Positions 31,333 through 42,866 are shown, counted from the stretch's first letter. The stretch: 64,000 nt of DNA from Phyllobacterium sp. (GCF_037994425.1 NZ_JBBNAM010000325.1:2438-66437), one strand, 5' to 3'. The notes: generated by a model not told the origin, from the sequence alone. A program made the numbers and translations.

Positions 31333-32286
31333 ATGCCATCGAAGTCCATCGACCACGCCTTCACAGCGCGCGCATTGACGGGCGCAGCGACCGATCCGAC
31401 GCACGCGGGTGCGCTTTCCTTCATGCGCCGCCGCTACACGAAGAATCTCAATGGCGCGGAAGCTGTGGTATGGGGCATTCCATTCGATGCGGCCGTCTCC
31501 AATCGGCCTGGCGCACGCTTCGGCCCCCAGGCTATCCGGCGCGCCTCGGCGATCTTCGACAATGATCCGCAGTATCCTTTCCATCGCGACCTCTTTGCCG
31601 ATCTGGCAGTGATCGACTACGGCGATTGCCTTCTCGATTATGGCAACCATCAGAAGACGCCGGCAATGATCGAGCGCGAAGCCGCGAAAATCATCAAGTC
31701 CGGCGCCTTCCTCGTTTCGCTTGGCGGCGACCATTTCGTTACCTGGCCGATTCTCAAGGCGCATGCAGCGAAACATGGACCTGTTGCGCTGGTGCAGTTC
31801 GACGCCCATCAAGACACTTGGTATGATGACGGCAAACGGATCGATCACGGCTCCTTCGTCGGCCGGGCGGCGCGCGATGGCGTGATCGACCCCGCCCATT
31901 CGATCCAGGTAGGTATTCGCACCCATGCCCCGGATGATTGCGGCCTAAAAATCGTCTATGGCTATGAGCTCGAGGAAATGTCTGCGGCGGAGATTGCGAG
32001 AGCGATCATCGAGCGGACTGCCGGCAAGCCAGTATATCTTACCTTTGATATCGACTGCCTCGACCCAGCCTATGCACCGGGAACCGGAACGCCTGTAGTC
32101 GGCGGACCGTCTTCGGCAAAGATACTCTCGGTGCTGCGCCATCTGACAGAGCTTAACATTGTCGGCGCCGATGTCGTGGAAGTTGCTCCTGCGTATGACC
32201 ATGCGGACGTTACCGCCATAGCAGGTGCCACAATCGCGATGTATTACCTTGGTATGCTCGCGGAGAAGAAAGCGCGACGAGGCTGA
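31333..32286 (+). CDS. speB: Agmatinase (ureohydrolase family)
   Basis: GGDH, DAHQD, FDIDCLDP. Confidence 0.93.
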   Translation: MPSKSIDHAFTARALTGAATDPTHAGALSFMRRRYTKNLNGAEAVVWGIPFDAAVSNRPGARFGPQAIRRASAIFDNDPQYPFHRDLFADLAVIDYGDCLLDYGNHQKTPAMIEREAAKIIKSGAFLVSLGGDHFVTWPILKAHAAKHGPVALVQFDAHQDTWYDDGKRIDHGSFVGRAARDGVIDPAHSIQVGIRTHAPDDCGLKIVYGYELEEMSAAEIARAIIERTAGKPVYLTFDIDCLDPAYAPGTGTPVVGGPSSAKILSVLRHLTELNIVGADVVEVAPAYDHADVTAIAGATIAMYYLGMLAEKKARRG

Positions 32287-32359
32287 CCGTTCGACGGCTT
32301 AGACATTGAATCCGCTTATCCCGCCAACTATCTGAATTCAAAGCTTCCAAGGGCATGTT

Positions 32360-33298
32360 ATGAAACCGAAAATCTTTATCGATGGCGAACACGGCACGAC
32401 AGGTCTGCAGATCAGGACACGCCTTGCCGGCCGCAGCGATCTCGACGTGCTTTCTATCCCTGAAGCCGAGCGTCGCAACCGCGATCTGCGTGCCGATTTC
32501 CTGAGGGAAGCGAATATCGCCATTTTGTGCCTGCCAGATGACGCCTCGAAGGAAGCAGTCTCGATCCTCGAAGGACACAATTCAACGAAGATCATCGATA
32601 CTTCGACAGCCCACCGCGTGCATCCAGACTGGGCTTATGGTTTTGCCGAACTCGACCACGCACAACGGCAGAAGATTGTCGGCGCTCGTCTCGTGGCCAA
32701 TCCCGGGTGCTATGCGACAGGGGCAATCTCGCTTGTGCGCCCCCTGCGCGATGCCGGCATTCTTCCTGCTGATTATCCCATCACTGTCAATGCGGTTTCC
32801 GGTTATACGGGCGGCGGCAAACAAATGATCGCCCAGATGGAAGACGAGACCAATCCGGACCACATCACGGCAAACAATTTCCTTTACGCCATGCCGCTCA
32901 AGCATAAGCACGTGCCGGAGCTTCAGATACACGGTCGCCTCGAACGGCGCCCACTGTTTTCTCCAAGCGTGGGAAGGTTCCCGCAGGGCATGATCGTACA
33001 GGTACCGCTATTCACCGACGATCTCAACGGCAACGCTTACTTGCACGATATCCATGCAGCACTCGTTGCGCACTATGAAGGTCAGGACATCGTACAGGTG
33101 GTTCCACTCGCCGAAAGCGTAGAGCTCGCGAGGCTCGATGCTGAAGAACTGCGTGACACGGACATCATGAAGCTGTTCGTATTCGGCACCGAAGGTCAAG
33201 GGCAGGTCAATCTCGTCGCCCTTCTCGACAATCTCGGCAAAGGGGCATCCGGCGCAGCTGTGCAGAATCTTGCTCTCATGATCGGCGGCCATGGATAA
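32360..33298 (+). CDS. argC: N-acetyl-gamma-glutamyl-phosphate reductase
   Basis: [31 protein letters not shown]. Confidence 0.97.
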   Translation: MKPKIFIDGEHGTTGLQIRTRLAGRSDLDVLSIPEAERRNRDLRADFLREANIAILCLPDDASKEAVSILEGHNSTKIIDTSTAHRVHPDWAYGFAELDHAQRQKIVGARLVANPGCYATGAISLVRPLRDAGILPADYPITVNAVSGYTGGGKQMIAQMEDETNPDHITANNFLYAMPLKHKHVPELQIHGRLERRPLFSPSVGRFPQGMIVQVPLFTDDLNGNAYLHDIHAALVAHYEGQDIVQVVPLAESVELARLDAEELRDTDIMKLFVFGTEGQGQVNLVALLDNLGKGASGAAVQNLALMIGGHG

Positions 33299-34145
33299 GG
33301 CGGTGAACGAGATTTTCCCTGCCGAATGGGAAGTCTCCTCCCCCGAAATCCTAGCCGGGACTGTTACCAGCCGCATCACAAAGGTGCGGCTCAGGAGTGG
33401 CGCGCCGGCAATCGTCAAGGCTTTGACACCCATCGGCATGAAGGACGAGTTGCCTGGCGTGCACTATCTTGACTGGCACAAAGGCTGCGGTGCGATCCGC
33501 GTCCTTGCAATAAAGGCCAATCTGCTGCTGCTCGAATATGCAGGCAAACGCACACTCCTCGACCATCTCAACGAATTCGGAGACGAGGCGGCGACAGCGA
33601 TCTCGGTCGAAGTCTTGAGCAAACTTCTGAATACGCCGCACCATGATCGGAGCTTCGCGACCGACCTCATCCCCATCCGGCGGCAATTTGCGAGGCTGTT
33701 CATCAAGGCCGAACGCGATCGCAACGATCGGACCGAAAGTTTGTTTGTCGAGGCGGCGCGTATTGCCGATGACCTCATGAACAATCCCGTGGACGTTCAG
33801 CCGCTACACGGCGATGTTCATCACGAGAACATACTTTTCGGCGACAGGGGCTGGCTGATCATCGATCCCAAGGGCCTCCTTGGTGACCCGATGTATGATG
33901 CCGCGAACATGTTCTACAACCCGCTCGACCGCCAGGATCTGCGGGCAAGCGAAGCGCGCATAGCGGCCATGGCGCGGACTTTTTCGCACGCGTTCGATCG
34001 CGATATCCGCACGATACTCAGTTATTCGATGGCCCATGCCGCCCTATCTGCCTCCTGGCACATGGAGGATGAAAATCTCGAGGAGGCGGCTCGCAGCCTC
34101 GAAGTCGCGCGGGCTGTACAAAATGTTCTTGCTTCACTCGTATGA
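33291..34145 (+). CDS. Aminoglycoside/hydroxyurea resistance kinase-like (APH(6)/StrB-like)
   Basis: [23 protein letters not shown]; overlaps the argC stop. Confidence 0.88.
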   Translation: MDKAVNEIFPAEWEVSSPEILAGTVTSRITKVRLRSGAPAIVKALTPIGMKDELPGVHYLDWHKGCGAIRVLAIKANLLLLEYAGKRTLLDHLNEFGDEAATAISVEVLSKLLNTPHHDRSFATDLIPIRRQFARLFIKAERDRNDRTESLFVEAARIADDLMNNPVDVQPLHGDVHHENILFGDRGWLIIDPKGLLGDPMYDAANMFYNPLDRQDLRASEARIAAMARTFSHAFDRDIRTILSYSMAHAALSASWHMEDENLEEAARSLEVARAVQNVLASLV

Positions 34146-35347
34146 GCGCTTCACGAGACGAGCCACCATCAAAAAAGTAACGACGCCGCAAAGACCGACA
34201 AAGGCAGCTATGGCGAGCGCCGCATGCGGACCGAACTGCTCAAGGATAAAAGCAAAAATGAATGGCGCCGTCGATGAAACGGTGAGCCGTGCCGCGGTGA
34301 TCTTGCCGAGGATTTCGCCATAGCCCTGATGCCCGAACAGTGCGAGCGGCAAGGTTCCCTGAACGATGCTGTTCAGGCCCGAGCCCATGCCGAAAAGCAT
34401 TGCGAACAGGATGGCGCCGGCAATCAGCGGAACAGGCGGCGGCAGAAGCAACATCAGAAAAGCCAACGGGATCAGCGCCGTCGAAAGTATTGCCACGGCC
34501 ACCGCCGAGAACCGGTGTCCAAGAACCATGTTGACCAGGCGGCTCACAAACTGCGAGGGCCCGAAGATTGTGCCGACCAGCACCGCCGAAGTGCCAAGGC
34601 CGACTGCCGCCAGGACCGGCACGAGATGCACGAGCATCGCCGAAAGGGCGAAGCTCCCAAACGAAAATCCGGATGCAATGAGGATCAACGCCGGCCTGCG
34701 GCTCGCTGGCGGCAAAGAGCCGCCATCGAATGTTGCGGCGTCGGCCGACATTTCCGGTTTCAGCCTGGGCGACCGCCTGGTCAATTGCGACAGCCAGAAA
34801 TGGATGGGAAAACAGATGCAGAGCTGGAGGCCCGCGTAGAACAGAAAAATCTCGCGCCAATCGAACTATTGCAGAAGTGCGGTCGCCAAAGGCCAGAACA
34901 GCGTCGAGGAGAAGCCCGCAATCAGCGTCAGCAGCGTGATGCGGCGCGGGGCGGCTTGCGGATCGATCTGCACGAGGACGGCAAAAGCCGTATTGTAGAG
35001 AATGAAGGGGGTCGCAATTCCCGTCGTCACCAGCGCCGGCGCGAATGTGCCCCAATTCGGTGCGAATGCGCAGGCAAGCAAAGACACGCCGCAGCGAGCG
35101 ACCCAAGCGTCATGACCCGCCCTGCCCCGAAACGATCGGCCCAGCGACCTGACCACGGCGAGATGATCCCGCCGATGAGCAGCGTTCCAGAGAAGGCAGC
35201 GAACAGCCATTCGCGCGATCTCGCAAACTCCTCACCCATTGCGGGTGCAAGAATGCTGAAGCTATAATAAAGCGTGCCGTAGCTGATGATTTGCGATACG
35301 CCGAGGCCGGCGACAGCTGCCAGTGAGCGTCTCGCGCTTAGGTTCAT
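34134..35347 (-). pseudogene. MFS transporter (resembles the ArsK-like group), disrupted
   Basis: GLGVSQIISYGTLYYSF and GRWADRFG motifs; frameshift near 35088 and in-frame TAG at 34866-34868, with the frame continuing FDWREIF. Confidence 0.88.
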
Positions 35348-35420
35348 CTTGTTCGTTTCCACTGTCAGACCCGCTTCTTCCGAGGGTAAGCCAGCACTAC
35401 ATCGAGTCTTGGGACAACCG

Positions 35421-36518
35421 CTACTGCCCCGCTACAACTTCCGTCTCCTGCGGATAGCTGCCCTTCGTGGCACGCCAATGCGCGACCGAAAAGCCGAGCA
35501 GGACAATGGCAAAGCCCTGGTGCAGGAGGCCGAGGCCGATCGGCACCATCATCAACAGCGTCGTGATACCGACCGCTGCTTGCAGGGCAACCAGTACCGC
35601 AAGGAGCACGGCGCGGCGGGCATGGGTTGTGCCCGGTGCCTTGCGACCGACAGCTACAGCCTGCCAGATGGCCACAGCCAGCACGAAATAGGCAAAGCAA
35701 CGATGCACGAATTGAACAGTCTTCGGATTCTCGAAGAAGTTATGCCAGAGAGGCTGGATCGGGAACAGATCGCCCGGAAGGATCGAACCATCCATCAGTG
35801 GCCAGGTATTATAGGAAAGCCCGGCGTCTAGGCCGGCGACGAGCGCACCCAGATAGATCTGGATGAAAACAAGAACGACAAACCAGCCAGCGAAGCGCTG
35901 AATCCCACGTCCGGCTGGTGCCTCCGAATAGACCGCAAGACCGCGGGCCACATACATCACCGCGGCGAAGATAAAGCAGGCAAGGGTCAGGTGGGTTGCG
36001 AGGCGGTATTGGCTGACGTCGACGCGGTCGACGAGGCCGGACGCCACCATCCACCAGCCAACGGCACCCTGAAGGGCGCCGAGTGCTAGGATCCCCACCA
36101 TGCGCGGCTTCAGGCGGCGCTCCAAACGACCCGTAAGCCAGAAGAAGGCGAGCGGCAGCGCAACGAGAAAGCCGACGCCGCGCGCGAGGAACCGATGCGC
36201 CCATTCCCACCAGAAAATCTGTTGGAATTCGGCAAGGCTCATGCCCTTGTTCAGCCGTTCGTATTGGGGAATCTGGCGGTACTTGTCGAATTCCTCCACC
36301 CACTGATCGTGGCCGATGGGCGGAATAATGCCGTGGATCGGCTTCCATTCGGTAATTGAAAGACCCGAGCCGGTCATGCGGGTGGCGCCACCTACAATGA
36401 CGATCGTTGCGAGAACAATGAGCACCAGATAAAGCCAGAGCCGCACATATTGGCGGTTCCGGGCCTCGCGACCCTGAATAAAGCTGATCGCGCCTGCGCT
36501 GATTGTCTGATCGGTCAT
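35421..36518 (-). CDS. ctaA: Heme A synthase (COX15/CtaA)
   Basis: [40 protein letters not shown]; CAGGAG RBS. Confidence 0.96.
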   Translation of the reverse strand: MTDQTISAGAISFIQGREARNRQYVRLWLYLVLIVLATIVIVGGATRMTGSGLSITEWKPIHGIIPPIGHDQWVEEFDKYRQIPQYERLNKGMSLAEFQQIFWWEWAHRFLARGVGFLVALPLAFFWLTGRLERRLKPRMVGILALGALQGAVGWWMVASGLVDRVDVSQYRLATHLTLACFIFAAVMYVARGLAVYSEAPAGRGIQRFAGWFVVLVFIQIYLGALVAGLDAGLSYNTWPLMDGSILPGDLFPIQPLWHNFFENPKTVQFVHRCFAYFVLAVAIWQAVAVGRKAPGTTHARRAVLLAVLVALQAAVGITTLLMMVPIGLGLLHQGFAIVLLGFSVAHWRATKGSYPQETEVVAGQ

Positions 36519-36671
36519 CGCACACTCCTGTCGGTCGCGGATAGGTGCCGCATAACGGGCGCGATGACAAGCTGGGCTCGCGCGACACGCCGTCGCGTTT
36601 TTCGGCGCGAGTGGCCTTTTTGACTTCCCGATCGGCGCTTTAGCCGCTAGATGGAGCGCTAAACTTGGAGA

Positions 36672-36893
36672 ATGCCGATGCCTGTAAGGCTGAAGAAACT
36701 CATTGGTACATTTCTGCTGGTGGCATTGGTTTGCATTTATGCGGTTCTCGCGACAATCTTTGCCGTCGCGCTCCTCGCCAACGCCAGCCCGTGGATACAC
36801 CTGCTCTATTTCTTCTGTACCGGCATACTTTGGGTCGTCCCAGCCATGTTCATCATAAGCTGGATGGAAAAGGCCCCGAAGAAAAAGGCTTGA
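36672..36893 (+). CDS. DUF2842-like small membrane protein
   Basis: [10 protein letters not shown]...[15 protein letters not shown]; two TM helices. Confidence 0.85.
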   Translation: MPMPVRLKKLIGTFLLVALVCIYAVLATIFAVALLANASPWIHLLYFFCTGILWVVPAMFIISWMEKAPKKKA

Positions 36894-36915
36894 AGATCCG
36901 CCTGTCTGGAACCTT

Positions 36916-37971
36916 CTAACCGCCCTGAACTACCCTACGCCCCGCATTGGCGATGGGCGTTGTAACGCCGCTCATCATGGTCTGGGCATAGACGAGCTTC
37001 TGAAAGCGCCCATTGATGGATATGCGCGGGAGCGCATGCAGGTTGGCATGGTGCTCGACATGTATTGTGCCATGACGCGTGGTCACCGCCGAGACGAACC
37101 CCTCTTGCGCCGCGATATCAGCTTCCCGCCTGCCAGCAGCCTTGGCCGATCCATAGGGAAAAGCGAAGTGGGCAGGGCGTTTTCCGAGTTCATCGCCGAT
37201 CATGTCAGCCGATTGGCGCATTTCCTGCGCCGCCATGCCTGCGGTCAGACGCTTGAGGTTATAGTGATGAACCGTGTGGCCACCAATCGTGCACAGGGGA
37301 TCCGCCGAAATTTGCCGCAGTTGCTTCCAGGTCATCACGTCCTGATCGGCAGTGACGCCGCACATCATATCCGCCGCGGCGCACATTTCACGTAATACAG
37401 GCAGTTGCTCCAACTCCGTCAAGGTGTATGAGAAATACCGCATAAGTCCATGAAAAGCCGCTCGCTTTTGGAACAACGTCGAACATCGCCACTCGGGTCC
37501 ACCAGGCACCTTGATGTACGCAGCCTTGGCGATAAGCTTTTCTGCCACCTCCCACCAGAGCACCGCCGCGCCCTCGATGAAACCGGGCGCAACATAGACC
37601 GTGAAAGGAACACTATGCTTCTGAAACACGGGATAGGCGTGGTTGAGATTGTCGTTATAGCCATCGTCCAACGTCACCGCAACGAAACGCCGATCACGCC
37701 GGGCGCCGCTTTTGACACGCTCCGCCATTTCGTCCATCGACACGAACTCTGTCCCCTCCGATCTCAGGGAGGCGAGAATCTCATCGAGGAATTTCGGCGT
37801 AATGGAGAGTGAGCGCGTCACGCCTAGGGGACTGATGCAATCGCGGCGGACACGGTGCAACATGATGATCGAACCTAGCCCGCCAAAGCGATTGCGCGTT
37901 CCCTGCGCCAAACCGCTATGCCATGCCATTCGCATCACGGCTTTACGTAATAAATCAGCCGCGTGGTCCAT
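36916..37971 (-). CDS. Polysaccharide deacetylase (NodB/CE4 family)
   Basis: [21 protein letters not shown]. Confidence 0.92.
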   Translation of the reverse strand: MDHAADLLRKAVMRMAWHSGLAQGTRNRFGGLGSIIMLHRVRRDCISPLGVTRSLSITPKFLDEILASLRSEGTEFVSMDEMAERVKSGARRDRRFVAVTLDDGYNDNLNHAYPVFQKHSVPFTVYVAPGFIEGAAVLWWEVAEKLIAKAAYIKVPGGPEWRCSTLFQKRAAFHGLMRYFSYTLTELEQLPVLREMCAAADMMCGVTADQDVMTWKQLRQISADPLCTIGGHTVHHYNLKRLTAGMAAQEMRQSADMIGDELGKRPAHFAFPYGSAKAAGRREADIAAQEGFVSAVTTRHGTIHVEHHANLHALPRISINGRFQKLVYAQTMMSGVTTPIANAGRRVVQGG

Positions 37972-38098
37972 TGTCTCACCAATTTACGCTAATCAAGAAT
38001 AATCGGAGGGTTGTTTTCACCAATTCATGCAACCTAAATGTTTAAAATATACTGAGCAACGAGGTCCTCTATAATCATCTCCCCAACGGAAAACAATA

Positions 38099-39235
38099 AT
38101 GGTTTCTACCCGGCCCGTGCCTAGAATCGTTGTCGATGTTAGCGAAGCAAAAAAGCTATGGAATGCCTTTTCCGACGAATTTCTCGCGGGAGCCGCACAG
38201 ACGGTCGACTGGTTCTTAAATTGGCAATCATTCGCTAACTCGGACTGTTTGGTTGCCGCCCTCTGCATCGAAGGCAGACCCGTTTTTCTGTTGCCATTGG
38301 AAATTGAACGAAAGGGCAGCCTGCGAATAGCAGGATATGCAGGCGGGCCGCACGCCAATTGCAATTTCCCGGCACTAGAACCCACGCAGCCAGTCAAGTC
38401 GGAAGATCTGGCTAGGCTTTTCGCGGCCCTTCGCAAGGCGAGGCCGGACATCGATGTCGTCGCGCTTGCACGCCAACTCGGAAAACTTGCCGGCGTTCCC
38501 AATCCCCTCATGCAACTGCCGCATCGAGCCAACCCCAATGTCAGTCTTGCGATAAAGCTTGACGGAAACTTTGAGAATATCCTCAACCGGCACAACCCGA
38601 AGCGAAAAACCAAGAAGCACAGGCACGTTACGCGGCGTTATGACGACGGGGGCGGCTACCGGATCGTTACTGCTGCTAATGCAACCGAGGCAGCGGCAAT
38701 GCTCGACAACTATTTCGAATGGAAGGCAGATCGTCTGGGGCGCGCGGGCATCAAGAACACCTACGAGCCCAAGGGCGTGAAAGAGTTCTTTCACCGCCTC
38801 TTTGTCGACGAAACCCGCTCGGACTCACCCCGTTTTCAATTGAGAGCACTTGAAGTTGCGGGCAAATACCGGGCAGTCCTCGGCAAATCCCACGCCAGGG
38901 GTCAGACATTTATCGACTTTGTCGGGATCGCCGATGACGAATTCATCAATACTAGCCCTGGAGAATTCCTTTTCTATAAAGATATCGAGGAAAGCTGCGG
39001 CTCAGACCTTGCCATCTATAGTTTTGGTATCGGCGACGAGCCTTACAAGCGCAGCTGGAGCGATATCGAGACACCTACCTATGACACCGATATCAGCTTG
39101 ACGGCGCGAGGACGGATGCACTCTTTTTACCTCGGCACTCGTGGCGCCCTGGTACGGCGGATCAAGCAGAACGAAAAAATCTGGGCATTGGTCAAGTCGG
39201 CTCGCACCAGACTTCGCGGCCAACATCGAGCGTGA
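38099..39235 (+). CDS. GNAT acetyltransferase, CelD/BcsL-like (UppA-like position)
   Basis: FLLPLEI, SPGEFL, FGIGDEPYKRSW. Confidence 0.85.
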   Translation: MVSTRPVPRIVVDVSEAKKLWNAFSDEFLAGAAQTVDWFLNWQSFANSDCLVAALCIEGRPVFLLPLEIERKGSLRIAGYAGGPHANCNFPALEPTQPVKSEDLARLFAALRKARPDIDVVALARQLGKLAGVPNPLMQLPHRANPNVSLAIKLDGNFENILNRHNPKRKTKKHRHVTRRYDDGGGYRIVTAANATEAAAMLDNYFEWKADRLGRAGIKNTYEPKGVKEFFHRLFVDETRSDSPRFQLRALEVAGKYRAVLGKSHARGQTFIDFVGIADDEFINTSPGEFLFYKDIEESCGSDLAIYSFGIGDEPYKRSWSDIETPTYDTDISLTARGRMHSFYLGTRGALVRRIKQNEKIWALVKSARTRLRGQHRA

Positions 39236-39238
39236 ATG

Positions 39239-39818
39239 TCAGAAGCGCTTGCCGACTGTCAAAGCCTCGCAAAACTCCGTGTTCTCATCGATATAAACCG
39301 GTTCAGGTCCCGCGCCCACAGCATCGAAAAACCGGCTTACGAAACAGCGGAACGAGGCACACAGAGCGATGTCACATATCTGCTGATCGCTGAAGCCGAC
39401 GTCCCGGAGCCGATCGATGCTTGTCTGGGTAATCTGCGAGGCGTCGATCGCTATCTGCTCTGCATAGGCAAGCATCTCGACATCCTTGTCCGAAGGACCA
39501 GCGTTGCCGAAATCTTTGTGTACCGCAATCACCGACTCTTTCGATCCGAGATCGCCAACCAACTGCTTGCCATACACATAGGAGCAATAGGTGGACGGGA
39601 CGTGTTTCGCTGCAACGAGCGTGATCAAGCGCCACTCGCGAATTCCAAGGGAAAAACCAGCACGAACGTTTTCTATGAAATCCGTGTAGATCGGCAAATC
39701 CGGCCGCGGCGTGAACGCCTTTGCCGTCGCCATGACGAAACCCATCTGCGCTTTCTGTGCGTCGTAGATTTCAGCGACCCGCGGTCGCTTGGTCTTCCGC
39801 AATCGTTTGCAAGTACAT
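39239..39818 (-). pseudogene. AhpD/carboxymuconolactone-decarboxylase-like protein, frameshifted near 39782
   Basis: CAGGAG RBS then MYLQTIAEDQAT; a shifted frame continues RVAEIYDAQKAQMGFVM...STYCSYVYG. Confidence 0.7.
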
Positions 39819-39919
39819 TGGCGTCTCCTGCGACAAACGCTTGGAGTTCGAATGTAACAAAACGCCGATTGCTTGGGAAATAACCTATCCGACGGATAGG
39901 TGGAGCGACGAGCCGATCG

Positions 39920-42073
39920 TCAAGCCGAGTGGACGATCCTACCGCCGTCAAGCCGCAATTGTGCCCTGCCAAACGGCGTAAGAAGTTCCGGCTGCAGCAG
40001 CTTTGCTTCAAACACCGCCTTAGCTGTCGCGACAACATCCGGGTCGTCCGGATTGACGACAGCAAGGATCAATTCCGTACCATCGGCGAGCAGATGCTTC
40101 AGTTCCTTGACGGTTGACGCGCCACTGTCGATGACGACAAGATCGTATGCGGATTGCAGGGCATTGAGGATCATCGGCAGGCGGCCAACTGACTGCATTG
40201 CCTTTGCCGGATCGTGATTGCCAAGCGGGATAAGCTCGGCCTGGGAATAGTGATCCGGATGGATCACATCGCTGAAATGCTTGTCGGACACCAAGAGATT
40301 GGTGATGCCGGGAATGTTCTTGTCATCAAGCATGGAGTGGCCGATTTCACCGGAACCTGTCATGTCGACGAGAATGACACGCACGCCACGGTCGGCAAGT
40401 TCTCGCACCAGTAATATCGTCAGGGCGGAAGCCTCATCACCTTCCGGCGAAACCACGACGGCACGCGCCGCGCCGCTCGCCATCAGGCGGTCTGCCAAGT
40501 TGGCGACATCGGAGTGGTCGGATTGAACGACGAGTACGCCGGCAGCCGGCTCTTCTACAGGAGCTGCGATCACGGCGCGTGCGTTCTCTTCGGGGGCTGG
40601 AATCCCCAAGGCGACAGATTTGCTAGGGATCGCGGCAGTCGCGGGTTCGGACGCTATCATCTGCTTGGTGTAGGCAGGACGCAAAGCCGCACCCGTGAAC
40701 AGCGCCCGCAGCAGCGTAACGATGCTTAACAAGAGCAGCGACGCGACGAAAGCGGCGATCGTCATCGGAACGATCTTTGGGAAATATGGCTCGATCGGCC
40801 GGTCGGCGCGCGAGAAAATGCGCGCATCCGCCGGCATTGAACTGCGGTCGATCCGCGACGAGGCTTCGCGATAGCGGGTGAGATATGATTCAAGCAATTG
40901 CCGCTGGGCCGTTGCCTCGCGCTCGAGGGCGCGCAACTCGACCTCTTCTTCGCCCGCTTTAGCTGATTGCGCCTTCAATTCGTTCAGCGAGCGGATCAAT
41001 TGGGCTTCGCGCAGGCGCGCCGTCTGTGCCTCGCTTTCGAGCGAGCCCTGGACCTTGCGGGCTTCGAGCCGGATTTGCTGGTTGAGATCCGCAAGCTGCG
41101 AGCGCAAAGCCTTCATCCGGGGATGGCCACTCAGCAAAGTGGACGACTGATCGGCAATATCGTTGTTGAGCTGTACCTGCCGCTCGCGCAGCCGCTGAAT
41201 TAACGGCGATGCCATGACATCGGGGAGCGTTTCGACGGCGACGCCGTTGGCGAGCGCCGAGCGGACGCTTTCGGCCTTGGCTTCAGTGGCAGCCCGGTTG
41301 GCCCGGACACGCGACAGTTCCGATGAAAGCTCGGACAATTGCTGCGTCGCAAGAACCGCATTGTTCTGCCCGATGAGAAGGTCGGAGGAACTGCGGAAAG
41401 CTGCGACTTTTGCCTCGGCTTCTTGCACGCGTTTGCTGAGATCGGCGATTTCCGGCTGCAGCCACCCCGTAGCAACTTCGTTGGATTGCGACTTCGATGC
41501 CTGCTGTGTCGCGATATATTCGTTGGCAATCGCGTTGGCGACCGCAGCGGCGAGCGCCGGATCCTTCGAGGAGAATTGCACGACGATGACACGCGAGTTC
41601 TGGACGGCGTAGACGACCAATCGGTCACGGACAGCCTGAAGAATATAATCGTCGCGAGTCTCCGCGTCGGGGTTCTTGCCTATGCCGACCTCGCCGAAGA
41701 GCCGCCCAATCGCCGATGGCTCCGCCCCGGCCGAGAGTTCGGCATTCTTGCCGAGGTCAAGCTTGGCGATAACGCGCTTTAGAAGATCGGAAGAATTGAT
41801 GAGCTCGACCTGGCTCTTGATGCCTTCCTGATCGATGACCGCCCGATCATCCGCTTGTTGCGTGGTCGGTCGCGTGAAGATCGACTCCCGCGTCTCTATC
41901 AATATCCGCGTTTCGGCGCGGTATTTTGGTGAAACTGATGACAGGGCGGCAAATGCCAAACCCGTTAGCAGGAGCGAACCGAAAAGGACGCGCCACTTGT
42001 TTCGCCACAGGCTGGCGAACAAGGCACCTATGTCAATGTCTACATCGTTACCGACAGTGCTCGCCCCGGCCAT
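39920..42073 (-). CDS. Polysaccharide co-polymerase (Wzc/GumC/ExoP-like; UppB-like)
   Basis: Two TM helices flanking a long coiled coil; degenerate C-terminal kinase-like domain. Confidence 0.9.
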   Translation of the reverse strand: MAGASTVGNDVDIDIGALFASLWRNKWRVLFGSLLLTGLAFAALSSVSPKYRAETRILIETRESIFTRPTTQQADDRAVIDQEGIKSQVELINSSDLLKRVIAKLDLGKNAELSAGAEPSAIGRLFGEVGIGKNPDAETRDDYILQAVRDRLVVYAVQNSRVIVVQFSSKDPALAAAVANAIANEYIATQQASKSQSNEVATGWLQPEIADLSKRVQEAEAKVAAFRSSSDLLIGQNNAVLATQQLSELSSELSRVRANRAATEAKAESVRSALANGVAVETLPDVMASPLIQRLRERQVQLNNDIADQSSTLLSGHPRMKALRSQLADLNQQIRLEARKVQGSLESEAQTARLREAQLIRSLNELKAQSAKAGEEEVELRALEREATAQRQLLESYLTRYREASSRIDRSSMPADARIFSRADRPIEPYFPKIVPMTIAAFVASLLLLSIVTLLRALFTGAALRPAYTKQMIASEPATAAIPSKSVALGIPAPEENARAVIAAPVEEPAAGVLVVQSDHSDVANLADRLMASGAARAVVVSPEGDEASALTILLVRELADRGVRVILVDMTGSGEIGHSMLDDKNIPGITNLLVSDKHFSDVIHPDHYSQAELIPLGNHDPAKAMQSVGRLPMILNALQSAYDLVVIDSGASTVKELKHLLADGTELILAVVNPDDPDVVATAKAVFEAKLLQPELLTPFGRAQLRLDGGRIVHSA

Positions 42074-42208
42074 TCATGCAACTCCGCTTCGATCGGCGAC
42101 ATGGTAAATGCGCATGGTAACCAGCGCGTTAAGAATATCTTCTGCCAACGCATGATCAAATTGAGGCATCCCAATTCCTATCTTCAAGTGCTTGTCATTC
42201 TCCGATAT

Positions 42209-42224
42209 TTTACCAGCCATTAAC
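42209..42224. promoter_or_regulatory. CtrA-box-like site between the co-polymerase and wza-like genes
   Basis: TTTA-CCAGCCA-TTAAC, one mismatch to TTAA-N7-TTAAC. Confidence 0.4.
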
Positions 42225-42291
42225 CCTAATGAATTGATAATCCCAGCCAGAATCGAGAATTCTCGTTGCAACTGTCGTTAGGGTTCGAGCC

Positions 42292-42858
42292 GTGTTCAGC
42301 AAGCAGATCTTAATGGTCGCCATTGGCGTTCTATGCATGACGCTCGGTGGATGCGCCAGTTACCGGCCGGCTCCCCCTGCCTTCAATGCGGCTATCAACA
42401 AACCCTATCTACTTGATGCGGGGGATCGCATTCGCCTGACCGTGTTCGATCAGGAAGGTATCACCAATACCTATAGCGTCGATCAGGCGGGCTATATTTC
42501 AGTTCCTCTGGTCGGCAGCATCGCTGCTCGTGGCAAGACGATACAACAGATCGAGGCCGCCGTGGCGGCCAAACTTCGCAAGGGCTTCCTGCGTGACCCG
42601 GATGTAGCAGTGGAGATAGACCGCTATCGGCCTGTCTTCATCATGGGTGAAGTTGGTGCAGCAGGGCAATATTCCTACGTTCCCGGAATGACGGCCCAAA
42701 AGGCAATAGCTGCTGCCGGCGGGTTTACGCCACGCGCCAACCAGACGGATATCGATATTACGCGCCAGATCAACGGCGAGAGCCTGACAGGACGCGTTAT
42801 CATTTCCGAACAGGTACTGCCGGGCGACACGATCTATGTGCGCGAGCGGTTCTTCTGA
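42292..42858 (+). CDS. Polysaccharide export lipoprotein (Wza/OPX; UppC-like)
   Basis: Lipobox LGGC; YLLDAGDRIRLTVF; AGGFTPRA. Confidence 0.93.
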   Translation: MFSKQILMVAIGVLCMTLGGCASYRPAPPAFNAAINKPYLLDAGDRIRLTVFDQEGITNTYSVDQAGYISVPLVGSIAARGKTIQQIEAAVAAKLRKGFLRDPDVAVEIDRYRPVFIMGEVGAAGQYSYVPGMTAQKAIAAAGGFTPRANQTDIDITRQINGESLTGRVIISEQVLPGDTIYVRERFF

Positions 42859-42866
42859 TTTTCCCC

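Noticed and set aside
34329-35267. 312-aa plus-strand ORF
   Set aside because: Antisense shadow of the MFS pseudogene; no motif.
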